A stretch of DNA of 64,000 nt from Paramoeba atlantica (GCA_977017575.1 CDRNVI010000015.1:372001-436000), one strand, 5' to 3'. Numbered from the stretch's first letter, positions 42,791 through 53,567 are shown. Program-made: numbers and translations. Notes: generated by a model not told the origin, from the sequence alone.

Positions 42791-43119
42791 TCCTGTCAAG
42801 TAGTAAAACCTCGCAAGGTAACCTAAAACGTCAGGATGATTAAATGACACAGTGTAAAGGAATGAAGTCTTCAAAACAATTTGGTGGAATGTTCTGGTGG
42901 AATTTGTCTTAGAATTCTCTATTAGGTGAAAAAAGCTTCGTCCAGGGGCTTTTAAATGCTCTTTAATTAATTGCATTCATAATCTTTACATGCACACACA
43001 TACATGTATGTATGTGTTATAATTACATAGATTTTAATATTTACGTAGATTTTTTTTGAAAATACTCATCAATACTCTGTACTCTACTGCTTTGACACTA
43101 CTGTCTTAACTATGTTTCA

Positions 43120-46100
43120 ATGGATCCGGGTAACTTAATCTGCGAAGCAACCAGGACGTACGCAGCATGTGACGCGGCTGAAACGCAGCCTCCACCTTCT
43201 CAGGCTTATTCGGGTGTGGAATACACTGCTTCTAGGAATTGCAACTTATCACTTTCCTCCTCTGTTGATGAAGCGTCGCAGCAAGGGGGCAGAGCGTATT
43301 CTGGAGAATCTCACCCCAAGACATACACAATACCTGTGAATAAAATAAAGTCTTTTCTACTGCCTACACATGATCGTAAGCACAGTCATGTACTCACGTG
43401 CGGCACGATATCACAGGAGCATTCTCTTTTCTGTTTGGACTGTGTTCAAGATATATTCTCATCTAGCAGCGCGAAGCATGATAAATATCGCTCTTATAAA
43501 AACAAGAATCTGGAATACGATCAGTCACTTCACCCGACTAATACTGAAGGAAGTATTATTTCATTGACTTACTTTGATCGCATTCTGCCTCGGCTTGATA
43601 TTATCGCACAGCTACGAAGATTGCAGTCCTGTTTCATGGTATTTCAAAATGAAGCAGAATGGTTGCGAAGTTTTTGTCGGACATTTTTTTGGAGCTCTCC
43701 CGTCGAACAATTTGACGACTATTATTATTCACAGCTTGCAGCATTTCTGGTGACTTTAGTTTCGGAAAACCCTTGTCTCACGGTCTCTGATCTATTAAAC
43801 CCCATATCAAATCCTATTGCTGGAGAAACAAAAGATACAGTTCGAGTTTTATTGACAACCTCGCAGTTATTCCTGCTGCGGCACATGCTACAGAATACAA
43901 AAGAGTGGCTCTTGGAAGTGAAAAGTCATATCTTCTGCACTTATACGATCTCTGGACTATGGAATTGTCTTCCTGACTGCCTATTGGGACAACGTTTATC
44001 TTCAAAATATTTCTCAAATTTACCAGAACAATCAAAGTCTGCACCTCTGGTGCGAGTAGAATTCAGCAATGCTATTAGTAGCAAAGTTAATGAAGATTCG
44101 TGTAATCGAATCGTACCAGAAGCGTTCATCATTTTAGAATTTTTACACTATTTGTTCGTTCGTGAGACCTCCCCTGGAGCACAAACATTATCTCTTGACC
44201 TTCGCCTTGCGCTGCGAAATGCTGGCTCAAATTTATGCTTTATACTACTTCAATCTCCTCAAAATGAGAAAACAGTGCAATGCTGCATTGACCTTATGCA
44301 TTTTTTCCTGGAAATACTTACGAAGACTCGCGAAAATATGGAGCTCGAAATGACTCCATGCCACGAACAACTAAAATCACGTACTAGCGAACCACCAGAA
44401 AACGTTAACGCTGGTGCGCCTGAATGCCTCAATGAATCAAATCTTATTATGTTGGAGAGTAATGGAAAATGGCTTTTGAATTTGCTGCAAAACTATTTTG
44501 TAGACTTGCCTAAGTTGGTAGAAATGTTTTGTCTTACGTTGTTAGCTTCCAAGCTTGAAATACGTCGCGGTGCTCTGATTTTATTGTATCGTACGTGGAG
44601 TATCGCTGTTGATGCTTTTGAGTCGCAAAGTCGCAAAAATCCAGAAAATAGTTGCATGGTTTCGTCCATAAAATGGTACCATGATCTTAAGAAGACACTT
44701 TGTCACGGTGCCTTGGGGGACTACTTGCTTGAAAGCTTGAGGCTTGTACCATCACTAACAAAGTGGGGCTGTAACCTTGATGCTCAAACATATGTATCTC
44801 ATACATGGTGCTATACACTGAATTCCATTATCGCATATCATCCTGAGGCGTTCTGTTCATATTACGGAATGAAAACTGTAGTTCTTAAAGCAGCGAATTC
44901 TATGCGCGATGGATTGCAGCATTCTTTTTCTGCCAATTATGTGCCTGTATTTCGTACATTGATAGATATTTTTTCTTTGCATCGAGTGATACCAGACTCA
45001 GCTACAGGCGTTCAATTCTCCTTACCTCAGAGCACTTGTCCATTAGAGGCATCTGTGTCGCACCTTTTGCCGGAAGTCGTACAACTAATGAAACCCCTGG
45101 TCGAGCATGGTATCATATCCGGCCATGGTTCTGAATTTTTTATCTCTGTCTTTGAGCTTCTGCACGCAATATTATACTGTGTTCAAAAACAAGATGAAGC
45201 CGAATTATTCTCCCAGATTCTCACACGCTTTCTAGAGTCAGCCACCTACGACTTTAAAAGTATAACAGAAAAGAATGAGATGCAAGCCATCTCCTTGCAT
45301 AAGTACGAAATTATAACTTTCCTCCTCCACGATTGTATTACACATCCGTGTATGTATGCTTTTCTAGAGCATTGCCTTCTCTGCAAGGCATTTTCAATAA
45401 TACTTAACGTGTTTTTGAATTTTGGGAAATTTTGGAGCGTTTGCAAAGAAGGCTTTCTTTCCAGCATACTGAGGCTTATTAGTTGGCATATTATGCCTCG
45501 TGCAAGAGGCCAGAAACTAACTTGTGTATGGCCATCAGACGACTATTATTTAAAAATGGACACATTTTGTTCAAAAATTCAGAACACTCCAGGTGTCCAC
45601 AGCATGATACTTAAAAGTCTTTTAGATCTACCTGGTTGCGCTATCCCTTCTCCGCATTGCGGAATTTGTGAGGATAATGCATGCGGCAAAAACTTTCTTC
45701 AACAACTTATAGTGGAGATTCTGATCTTTTGCAAGTTTATTCTTCCGTGTGATGCAGATCAATACTTGTGCTTGCTTTGCTCACTCCCTTCGAAAGGAGG
45801 TGACATCATGCTGCTTCTAAAAGCTCATTCCATATCGCCAAAGACTCAATATTTAATTCTCTGTCTTCTCTACGAGATCATGTGTGTAGATAGTTCTCCT
45901 TTCTGCCGCTCGCAAGCCATTCTTGAAACCAATCTACCGTGGGGATTGGAACAAAAGCTCCTCTTTCGTGTCCTCGTACAATTAATGGAAGATCGTCATG
46001 AATCTCTAGAAAACGGAAGTTTTTTTCTACTGTCAAGTTGCATCCTAATTTTCCGCGATCTTGGATCTGATGAATCTTTTCATATTCCATTGATAGATGT

Positions 46101-48246
46101 ACAGCTTGTACGCCAAATAATTGCTCGAAGACTTTATTCAGTGAACTATGAACGCAAGGCAAGATCTCGTGAAAGTTTTTCCGTAATAGATACAGGTGTA
46201 CCCTCACATCCGCCACGTTTTTTCGTAGCGTGGATGGCGAGAATGTCAGAAGAGCACACATCATTCGTGCCAGCAGTATTTCAAGCATTCGTAGAGTTTT
46301 CCATTCTACATTCCAATTTAGTTATGTCTTTTCAGGGGGCTTTCCATCTTCTCTTTCGGAGAGTCTCACATTCTACGAATTCAGAGCCTTGGCTAATAAA
46401 TCAGACGGAGAGTGCTCCTTGCATGAATAACAGTAAATATGAACATGCCCATTTTATACTTTTATTGTGGAAATCATTAACTACGCAATGGAGGATGACA
46501 CAATCTCTTATAGATGAGACACTAGGTTTCGACAATCTTTGCTGCCAAATGCTTTGTTCAATTACCTTGGTTTTGGAGTTGTTATTGCTACAACAAATCC
46601 ACGATACGCAATACTTTATCGAATTAACGAAGGTTGTCCATAAGTATTTTATTTCGCACGGCCCACGTATTCCTCGATGCGCTCTTCAACACTTGTTTTG
46701 CGTTCAATGCCTTCTGATGCACTTGGAGCAAACAACAGTTGAACGTGCTTCAGTATCGGATGCCTACGACACATCTCTAACTAAGGCTCTGTGCAGTATT
46801 TTGCTAGAGAAATCTGAAACTTTGACTGCTAAAAAAGAAACGAATCTTGATGGGAGTACGATGGGTTTTAAATCATTCGATGTGACGCTTAAAATGTGTA
46901 ATTTCTGCCTAAGAAATCAAACCCAAAGCTATCATTTACAGGATAGTACAATTCTTTTGTCGTGTCTTTGCCTATTATTCCTACGTCCTCGATTCCGTGA
47001 CTGTATCAAGATTTTCTTTTCGCTAGCCAATGTTCCGTTCAATTCGGAGGTTATCCACAGAAACTGTGACAGCTCTTCATGCATACTCCTCTTTGGTCGC
47101 ATACAATTGAGAGACGCTTCGATTTTGTACTCAGCTGGTGATCTGGTTCTTGCTCTCAGGCACCGTGGCATACTGTTTACTGACGAGCGTGTTGGCGTAA
47201 CAATCAACGATGTCATTGGTCTGTGTTTTCCCTCATTACAAGTTGCAAAGACTTTTCAATATCCGGACTTCGTCCGGGAAAAGTGGTTACAAGTGTTAAC
47301 CGTCAGCATATTCGATGCCAATTTTGTGTCCCTGTGTAAAGATGAATATCTCACTCATCCGAAGCACTCCTGTCAGCTACCTCAACATATGTGGAGAAGT
47401 CTGTCTGGTTCTTTTATTGAAACACTAACGGCTTGTTTGTATCAATCCTACCCTCTCTGCATTTCTTACGTTTGTTTTATGCGCTCCTGGCTGCAAGCTT
47501 TTCATGGAGCCCTAATCGAACATGCTGCACTTTGCTTTATTTTTAAATTAATTCTAAGCGAGTGGGACAGCACTTTGTTGCGCAACTCTCCAACTGATTC
47601 TGATTTCGGTAAGATGTTGAAACATGATTCTGAGTTGTCGGACGTAGAATCATATTCTGTTACAGGATGTCAGATGTTTTTTATTTGGATCTGTCTTAAA
47701 CATCGGCCGCGCTGGATGACACCACAGTTAAGGAAGAAAACTATATTCAGTGTTTCTCGGATCATTGATTGGCTTGCAAATTCATATACTCCAATACACT
47801 GCTCTACCGATCCTGCAAATGGCCCTTGCAATCTCTGCGATATAATACACATTGTTTTGTATTTTATCGTCACGTCTTGTCAACTCTTACTTGAGTTGAT
47901 ATGTCAGAGTCATAACCTTGATGAACTTGACACAAAATGTCAAAAAGAAGTATGTGATAAAGCAATACACTCAGTAAGTGACCTCCTTGAAAAATTGAAG
48001 CATTCAAGCTATTCAAATGACGAAAACAAGACTGTCACAGTAAAACACAAGGATGAAACAACGAAGCACTTTGTTTATTTGCAGCAATATAGCGTAGATC
48101 TTCTTGGGTACTATGATTTGTGTGAGATATGGCGTGATCTTGATCCTTGGATGTGGGCTAAATATCGGTCGAAAGACGCAATTCGTTTTTCTTCTCTTTT
48201 ACTACAACAACTTAACGTTTTATCTAGTGATCAGTACAATAATTGA
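43120..48246 (+). CDS. Large hypothetical alpha-helical (HEAT/ARM-like) protein, 1708 aa
   Basis: Uninterrupted 5.1-kb ORF, Leu/Cys/Phe-rich helical pattern; no family recognised. Confidence 0.75.
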   Translation: MDPGNLICEATRTYAACDAAETQPPPSQAYSGVEYTASRNCNLSLSSSVDEASQQGGRAYSGESHPKTYTIPVNKIKSFLLPTHDRKHSHVLTCGTISQEHSLFCLDCVQDIFSSSSAKHDKYRSYKNKNLEYDQSLHPTNTEGSIISLTYFDRILPRLDIIAQLRRLQSCFMVFQNEAEWLRSFCRTFFWSSPVEQFDDYYYSQLAAFLVTLVSENPCLTVSDLLNPISNPIAGETKDTVRVLLTTSQLFLLRHMLQNTKEWLLEVKSHIFCTYTISGLWNCLPDCLLGQRLSSKYFSNLPEQSKSAPLVRVEFSNAISSKVNEDSCNRIVPEAFIILEFLHYLFVRETSPGAQTLSLDLRLALRNAGSNLCFILLQSPQNEKTVQCCIDLMHFFLEILTKTRENMELEMTPCHEQLKSRTSEPPENVNAGAPECLNESNLIMLESNGKWLLNLLQNYFVDLPKLVEMFCLTLLASKLEIRRGALILLYRTWSIAVDAFESQSRKNPENSCMVSSIKWYHDLKKTLCHGALGDYLLESLRLVPSLTKWGCNLDAQTYVSHTWCYTLNSIIAYHPEAFCSYYGMKTVVLKAANSMRDGLQHSFSANYVPVFRTLIDIFSLHRVIPDSATGVQFSLPQSTCPLEASVSHLLPEVVQLMKPLVEHGIISGHGSEFFISVFELLHAILYCVQKQDEAELFSQILTRFLESATYDFKSITEKNEMQAISLHKYEIITFLLHDCITHPCMYAFLEHCLLCKAFSIILNVFLNFGKFWSVCKEGFLSSILRLISWHIMPRARGQKLTCVWPSDDYYLKMDTFCSKIQNTPGVHSMILKSLLDLPGCAIPSPHCGICEDNACGKNFLQQLIVEILIFCKFILPCDADQYLCLLCSLPSKGGDIMLLLKAHSISPKTQYLILCLLYEIMCVDSSPFCRSQAILETNLPWGLEQKLLFRVLVQLMEDRHESLENGSFFLLSSCILIFRDLGSDESFHIPLIDVQLVRQIIARRLYSVNYERKARSRESFSVIDTGVPSHPPRFFVAWMARMSEEHTSFVPAVFQAFVEFSILHSNLVMSFQGAFHLLFRRVSHSTNSEPWLINQTESAPCMNNSKYEHAHFILLLWKSLTTQWRMTQSLIDETLGFDNLCCQMLCSITLVLELLLLQQIHDTQYFIELTKVVHKYFISHGPRIPRCALQHLFCVQCLLMHLEQTTVERASVSDAYDTSLTKALCSILLEKSETLTAKKETNLDGSTMGFKSFDVTLKMCNFCLRNQTQSYHLQDSTILLSCLCLLFLRPRFRDCIKIFFSLANVPFNSEVIHRNCDSSSCILLFGRIQLRDASILYSAGDLVLALRHRGILFTDERVGVTINDVIGLCFPSLQVAKTFQYPDFVREKWLQVLTVSIFDANFVSLCKDEYLTHPKHSCQLPQHMWRSLSGSFIETLTACLYQSYPLCISYVCFMRSWLQAFHGALIEHAALCFIFKLILSEWDSTLLRNSPTDSDFGKMLKHDSELSDVESYSVTGCQMFFIWICLKHRPRWMTPQLRKKTIFSVSRIIDWLANSYTPIHCSTDPANGPCNLCDIIHIVLYFIVTSCQLLLELICQSHNLDELDTKCQKEVCDKAIHSVSDLLEKLKHSSYSNDENKTVTVKHKDETTKHFVYLQQYSVDLLGYYDLCEIWRDLDPWMWAKYRSKDAIRFSSLLLQQLNVLSSDQYNN

Positions 48247-48294
48247 GAGTTATTTTCGAATGGGTTATTAATACCTTCATTATTGCAAACATAA

Positions 48295-48407
48295 TTCAAT
48301 GAACCTTCGTCTTTAACAAGGTTTAACTTTGTTTGCGGTTTTCTTGCAGTTCAATGAAACTTCGTCTTTAACGAGGTTTAACTTCACTTTCGGTTTTCTT
48401 GCTGTTC
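48295..48407. repeat. Diverged 55-bp tandem duplication
   Basis: ttcaatgaa(c/a)cttcgtctttaac(a/g)aggtttaactt...cggttttcttgc twice, starting at 48295 and 48350. Confidence 0.85.
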
Positions 48408-48958
48408 TTCTTTATTAAAATTAATTTTTCTTGTAAATAGAATGTACACTACATTTATTTTCTTTTTTACTTTGTGTTTTAGGTTTGTCTTAGCTATTGT
48501 AAGCTTTGCGTGAGTAATTTGAATTCTGTATGTAATTGGAAATACATAAATAATACAAAACTTATTTTTTATGTGTAGTATATTTCTTGTTTTTTATCCG
48601 CTATATGACTTTTTAATTTATACTAAACTAACCATAAAACATTACAGCTATGGTTCGATGCGTTTATGGTTTTCATGTAAATCTGTCTTGTGAATCCTAG
48701 TAGTCTTTATATAGTGTAGCATCACTTTTCATTCAAGGAATCTGTGTCTTTCTGATTATTACTTTGATACAGCATTGGTGTTTCAGGTCAATAGTCGGCT
48801 CTTTATTTATAGTAACGTCTTTATGTACATTCTTCTGCTAGGGTTTTACTAAAAGAACTAATTTTGGGTGACCCAATTTATTTGAGTTTTACTTTCGTGG
48901 ACAATCCACACAGCAAAAGTTGTACAGATAAAAAACTCGATGATATCATAATGATAAA

Positions 48959-50122
48959 ATGCCTATAGACACTCATTATTACCAAGCGCTGGGTGTTACA
49001 CATACCGCCACTGAAAATGAGATTCGTACTGCATACAAACGACTAGCACTTCTCTATCACCCGGACCGAAACCAAGACGATTCCGATGCTGGAGAAAAAT
49101 TCAAGAAAATAGGGGAGGCCTATGAAATATTAAAAGATACACAAAAAAGAACACTTTACGACACGCACGGAAAACAGGGTCTCGATCAGTCAAACAACGA
49201 GAAGACGTCTGCTGAAGATGTTTTTTCTGCGTTCTTTGGGGGAGGATTCTCTAAAGAGCCAAAGCCGCGTGACACTGTTATAGACTTAAAGCTTTCGTTG
49301 GAACAGGCGTACAATGGGTGCACAACTCGCCTCCGTGTGCCTCTGGACCGAAAATGTCATTCATGTTCGAGTACAGGTCTCCGGCCTGGATCTCGACTCC
49401 GTACGTGTTGGCAGTGCGACGGCCTTGGCTTTACGTCCCATCTGCGCGACGGTTTCGAAGCTACTTTCATAGGAAATTTTCTTTCCCAACCCTCTCACCG
49501 AAAACGCGTTCGTCAGACTTGCGACGTCTGCGCGGGAGCAGGTAAAGTGTTTCCTCCCGATCATATCTGCCGTACATGTGACGGTTGTCGTGTGGTCCGT
49601 GAGACGAAAACGCAATCTATTGATGTTCCCGTTGGATGCCAAGATGGCGATTACATTCGTATCCGCGGCATGGGACATTCTCTTCCTGAAATGGCACAAG
49701 ACGGAGATGTACTAGTATTCTTTCGAATTTCTACGCATGCCGTATTTCGTCGTCTTGGGAACCATCTGGAGTACACACACCGTATTACGCTACGTCAAGC
49801 GCTGTGTGGGTTTGACCTTTCTTTAAGACATCTCGACGGCAAAATACGCCGTATTGCTATAGGTTCCGGAGAAGTAGTTGACATGAACGCTCCATGGTAC
49901 GTGTATCAGCAAGGGATGCCACTCCCTTCCTCCAACGAGAAGGGGCATCTCATAATTCATTTTCAAATTATATTTCCTCCTTTATTTAACGGAAAGTGTC
50001 GCGAGACCATTGCGCAGGCTCTATCGTATGCTCCACCTTCTGATTATGAAACGTGCACCGCTAAAGTAATTAAACTTACCCCAACATCGAATATGCTTCA
50101 GACTGGAAGGAAACGAAAGTAA
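48959..50122 (+). CDS. Class A (type I) DnaJ/Hsp40
   Basis: J domain with HPD, G/F region, four CxxCxGxG-type zinc repeats, C-terminal substrate domain (GHLIIHFQIIFP). Confidence 0.94.
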   Translation: MPIDTHYYQALGVTHTATENEIRTAYKRLALLYHPDRNQDDSDAGEKFKKIGEAYEILKDTQKRTLYDTHGKQGLDQSNNEKTSAEDVFSAFFGGGFSKEPKPRDTVIDLKLSLEQAYNGCTTRLRVPLDRKCHSCSSTGLRPGSRLRTCWQCDGLGFTSHLRDGFEATFIGNFLSQPSHRKRVRQTCDVCAGAGKVFPPDHICRTCDGCRVVRETKTQSIDVPVGCQDGDYIRIRGMGHSLPEMAQDGDVLVFFRISTHAVFRRLGNHLEYTHRITLRQALCGFDLSLRHLDGKIRRIAIGSGEVVDMNAPWYVYQQGMPLPSSNEKGHLIIHFQIIFPPLFNGKCRETIAQALSYAPPSDYETCTAKVIKLTPTSNMLQTGRKRK

Positions 50123-50171
50123 AGAAACTTGAGCCTTCTTTATATCTTCCCTCTTACGCGGTAGTCTGCTG

Positions 50172-50336
50172 ATGAGCGCATCGAATGTGCCGAATGGGCT
50201 TCTGTATAGTAAGGTTCAACGGACTTCTGACAGACGCTATGATAAGACAATGCGAGATCCCGCCGATGGCCTTCTATCGTATGTAGGCAGACACAGTACA
50301 AAGTTACTATCTCTAATATTTCTGTTAACGACATAA
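50172..50336 (+). other. Possible 54-aa small ORF, or alternatively a C/D snoRNA at 50164-50235
   Basis: Polypyrimidine tract plus AG before ATG 50172; ORF ends in a hydrophobic LLSLIFLL. Also TGATGA (50170), CTGA (50227) and a gtctg/cagac stem. Confidence 0.3.
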
Positions 50337-50381
50337 CTATTGGTGACTACGTATTTATAACGTTATGTAAGTTTTTTATTT

Positions 50382-50428
50382 ATAAGCATTGAATTACATA
50401 TAAACATTGAATTATAAGCATTGAATTA
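50382..50428. repeat. Short tandem repeat ataagcattgaatta x3 (imperfect)
   Basis: Directly visible. Confidence 0.75.
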
Positions 50429-50500
50429 CGCAAGAGCGTATATTCATACAAGATTCTTTATTCCTTTTTTCTTTATTCCTTTTTTCTTGCTTTCTTTATC

Positions 50501-52261
50501 ATGCAACGATTGTTTGAAGTAGGTTTCGCAGGAGCTGAAAAACGACTCATCAAGATTTTGTACAAATCTCTTCCTCGACAAGTTAGCTTTCTTTCGAGTG
50601 CCTACACATGGAAAGCGAACGGTGATGAAATTGCCCCTTATCCTGTACAATTCGCTTCGAAAGATGAGGAAGAAAGCGTAGTTTCTGCCATTAGTGCAAT
50701 AGAACAAAATTGCGAAGTGAAAAGATGGGCCAACAGCTCTGGAACTGCTCGTGAGCCTCTTTCAAAGAAAGTACGAAGCTTTTTGTCAGAAATAGGCTTG
50801 TTTGGAGCGAATTTACCTTTTGAGAACGGCGGTCTTGGATTCTCAAACACGAGTCAAGTTTTTTTGTGGGATAGAATTGCACAATTATCTCCGTCACTCG
50901 CGCTATCCCTTCGACACTTACAATCCCTGGGATCGAGCTCCGTAGTTCATTTTGGAACTAAGGAGCAGCGCGGTAAATACTATCAAAATTTTGTAAATGG
51001 GTCCTACATCGCGACATTGGCATATTATGAAAATAACAACTTGGATCTGTACGGCAACTTGAATATGGTTGCGAAAGCGCAACCTGATGGCACCTATGCT
51101 TTGGAGGGACGGAAAACTGGAGTAAAACATGGCGACACAGCCACTCATTTCATAGTGTTTGCCAACACTGAAACACAAACGCTTCACGAGACGGAAGGTA
51201 CCGCAAGCACTGCTCATCGATTAAGCATGTTTATAGTGGAGAAGAGCAATCATACTATTGTCACTCCAAGCTCTATTTACTCGGAATTGTTCGACGTTGA
51301 GTTTCGCTCCGTTCCGGCGAAGCTTTCTCACATGCTCGGAGCAGCCGGAGAAGGACGTGCCGCGATGCTTGTGCTCACGCATTGTGGGCACATTACGCAG
51401 GCGGCATCAGTGCTTGGGGCTACACGTAGTGTCCTGAAGCGAACTGCAAACGTGGATCGCGACATCTGTTCACTATTTTATGCAGCTGAATCAGTGGTCT
51501 ATTTAGTTGCCTCCAACATGGATCGGCAGGTGGAGGATCACATGATGGAGGATATGGCAATGAAGCTTTTTGTTAATAAAATGGCCCAACAAGTCGCATG
51601 TAATCTATTAGAGTCGACGTCGATATCTACTGAAGCAAGCGGTATGTTCAAAGCTGACATTGAAGATCTCTTGCAATTATCGTGTACTGCCTCTCAAGAT
51701 GAAGGTAATGACATATCTCTGGAGCAACTTCTGGCTTGTTTAGGTTGCGAAGAAGCTGCAGAACGTACCGCACACGTATCTACTTTGATTCTTATGCAAG
51801 AACGTGCGCTTCGGAGCATTGGTTTGCGTGAGAATCTCCGGCCCGCACTGGGTGTGTCAGCGCTGGAACACCACATCAATGAAGTGGAGAAAGATATTAT
51901 TGCACTTTCAGATCGTGCTGAAAATTTGGTACTTCGCTATGGTACCAAATTACCAAAGCACACTCAACAGTTGAAATCACTGGCAGTTGTGACATGTGGC
52001 CTTTATGCGCGTGTTGCAGCTCTCGCTCGGGCAGCTCATGCTTATAGAAAAAAGGTCCCTACTGCAGGAGGAGAAATCAATCTAGCGTGCATGTGGTGTG
52101 CACATGATCATGCATCCGCAGTCTTCTCTTTAAAAGAGATTGAATCATCTGGTTTACTGATTGCATCTACCAGTGATCGTATTTATCACGAGCTTTTGCT
52201 AAGACAGAAAAATGTGGCTGGAAGTCAAGTCCAAAGTCAACACGGTGCAGACAAGGCTTGA
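50501..52261 (+). CDS. Acyl-CoA dehydrogenase, VLCAD/ACAD9-like (divergent)
   Basis: GLFG...P...GGLG, LRHLQSLG, YALEGRK, A.HFIVFANT, GAAGEG, YAAES.VYL, EG.NDI, VLCAD-type C-terminal extension. Confidence 0.85.
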   Translation: MQRLFEVGFAGAEKRLIKILYKSLPRQVSFLSSAYTWKANGDEIAPYPVQFASKDEEESVVSAISAIEQNCEVKRWANSSGTAREPLSKKVRSFLSEIGLFGANLPFENGGLGFSNTSQVFLWDRIAQLSPSLALSLRHLQSLGSSSVVHFGTKEQRGKYYQNFVNGSYIATLAYYENNNLDLYGNLNMVAKAQPDGTYALEGRKTGVKHGDTATHFIVFANTETQTLHETEGTASTAHRLSMFIVEKSNHTIVTPSSIYSELFDVEFRSVPAKLSHMLGAAGEGRAAMLVLTHCGHITQAASVLGATRSVLKRTANVDRDICSLFYAAESVVYLVASNMDRQVEDHMMEDMAMKLFVNKMAQQVACNLLESTSISTEASGMFKADIEDLLQLSCTASQDEGNDISLEQLLACLGCEEAAERTAHVSTLILMQERALRSIGLRENLRPALGVSALEHHINEVEKDIIALSDRAENLVLRYGTKLPKHTQQLKSLAVVTCGLYARVAALARAAHAYRKKVPTAGGEINLACMWCAHDHASAVFSLKEIESSGLLIASTSDRIYHELLLRQKNVAGSQVQSQHGADKA

Positions 52262-52328
52262 TATTAAGCTTGATGTATGTAGGAGGCATCTTTTTTGTGC
52301 GTAAAAATTGTTAAACTTATTGGTTCAC

Positions 52329-52937
52329 CGGCACTATAAATGTAGGTTGAAAACAAGTAAAATTTGTTTGAACAATCATGCCCAAAAGGACTCAGGCAAA
52401 AGTTTTTGATCTTTCGTTGATCTCTTTTCTTATTTACTTTTTTGGCTTACTTACCAGACCACACGTTTTTTCGATCAGATGTGCCCCCTACCTCTAATGG
52501 TAAGACCCCAAAAAACGTCCGAAATATGGGGAGAATACGAAATATGGGGAGAATCGGGTATTTGTACCAAAAGTTGGATTATTCTGGATCGTTTCGCAAT
52601 TTTTTCCTTTTTAGTCTCTTCATTAAACGCGGAAGCAGTTCTCAACGCGAAACGGGTAGCCGTGGTGGCTTCCAAGAGGGTTCAAACTGGATGGGAGTGT
52701 CTGGGAGCGCCTGGGAGCGCACCTTATCCTTTTTACAGGTCACCAATACGAAGTAGACCAATGTAGTAGACCAATGTAGTATATCCTGGGCGGTCCATTG
52801 AGTATTCCAAGCATTGAAATATAAGTTGGAACGTCATGAGTATGAGTGGAAACGTTTTAAAAAGTCACGTAAAAGTTTTTTCGAGCGGAAAAAAATCATC
52901 AGAAAAAAATGGATTTTAACCTACATTTATAGTGCCG
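52329..52937. mobile_element. Non-autonomous TIR element (MITE-like; CACTA/CMC- or Transib-like termini)
   Basis: Perfect 20-bp inverted termini cggcactataaatgtaggtt (about 24/25 extended); internal 17-, 13- and 10-bp direct repeats. Confidence 0.75.
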
Positions 52938-53039
52938 ATTACCCAACTTATTTTATGTGACTTACTCTATTGATTATTCAGCACGCACTTCGCGTTACAT
53001 ATTCGTCCACTGTATGTAATGTCATAGGCACATGAATTA

Positions 53040-53567
53040 CACCCCCGCCAAAAAGTATTGTTCACAAAAATGGCCGACACAAAAAGTATTGTATTTATTA
53101 GTATCAACCACTTTTTTGACTTTTGACCAGAAACGCAGGAACCTGAGGCGCGTAGGAAAGCCATTGAAAGATCAGAAACTCGCCGTAAAGAATCATTTGG
53201 AATGTCGCGGAAAGCTAAGGCAAGATTTGAGCAGGCTCGGAATATGGTTCCTCTCGCGCACTATTTTAGCGTTGAGTAGTTAAAATAATTAAATCACAGT
53301 GCCAGTGCTACAAGAAGTGCCAGTGCTACACTCTTTCCTCGCAAAACCAGTTATTTAGATCTCGTGATAGTTACTAGTATTTTAGTTCTTATGATTCGAC
53401 CTGTTTTTTTGCTTCACAGTACTTTACACAGATCCGATATGATAAGTGCAACTTTTTGGAGGTCAGTAGCAGCTCGTGGAAATCAACAAAAAGTATTCTA
53501 TTTATTAGTATCGACCAAAACTTCGTGGTCGATACTAATAAATTACAGTACTTTTTGGCGGGGGGGG
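53040..53567. mobile_element. TA-flanked Tc1/mariner-type MITE
   Basis: TA|CACCCCCGCCAAAAAGTATTG ... CAGTACTTTTTGGCGGGGGGG|TA; three copies of a 30-bp subterminal motif; 18-bp perfect hairpin at 53500-53543. Confidence 0.8.

Noticed and set aside
50169-50235. Hammerhead ribozyme (CTGATGAG...CGAA)
   Set aside because: A15.1 is T, stem II needs a bulge, and no NUH cleavage triplet precedes stem I.
53295-53301. CACAGTG RSS-like heptamer (also near 60330)
   Set aside because: No nonamer at 12/23 spacing.
52500-53560. CRISPR-like repeat/spacer arrays
   Set aside because: Repeats are 2-3 adjacent copies without unique spacers, there are no cas genes, and the context is eukaryotic.
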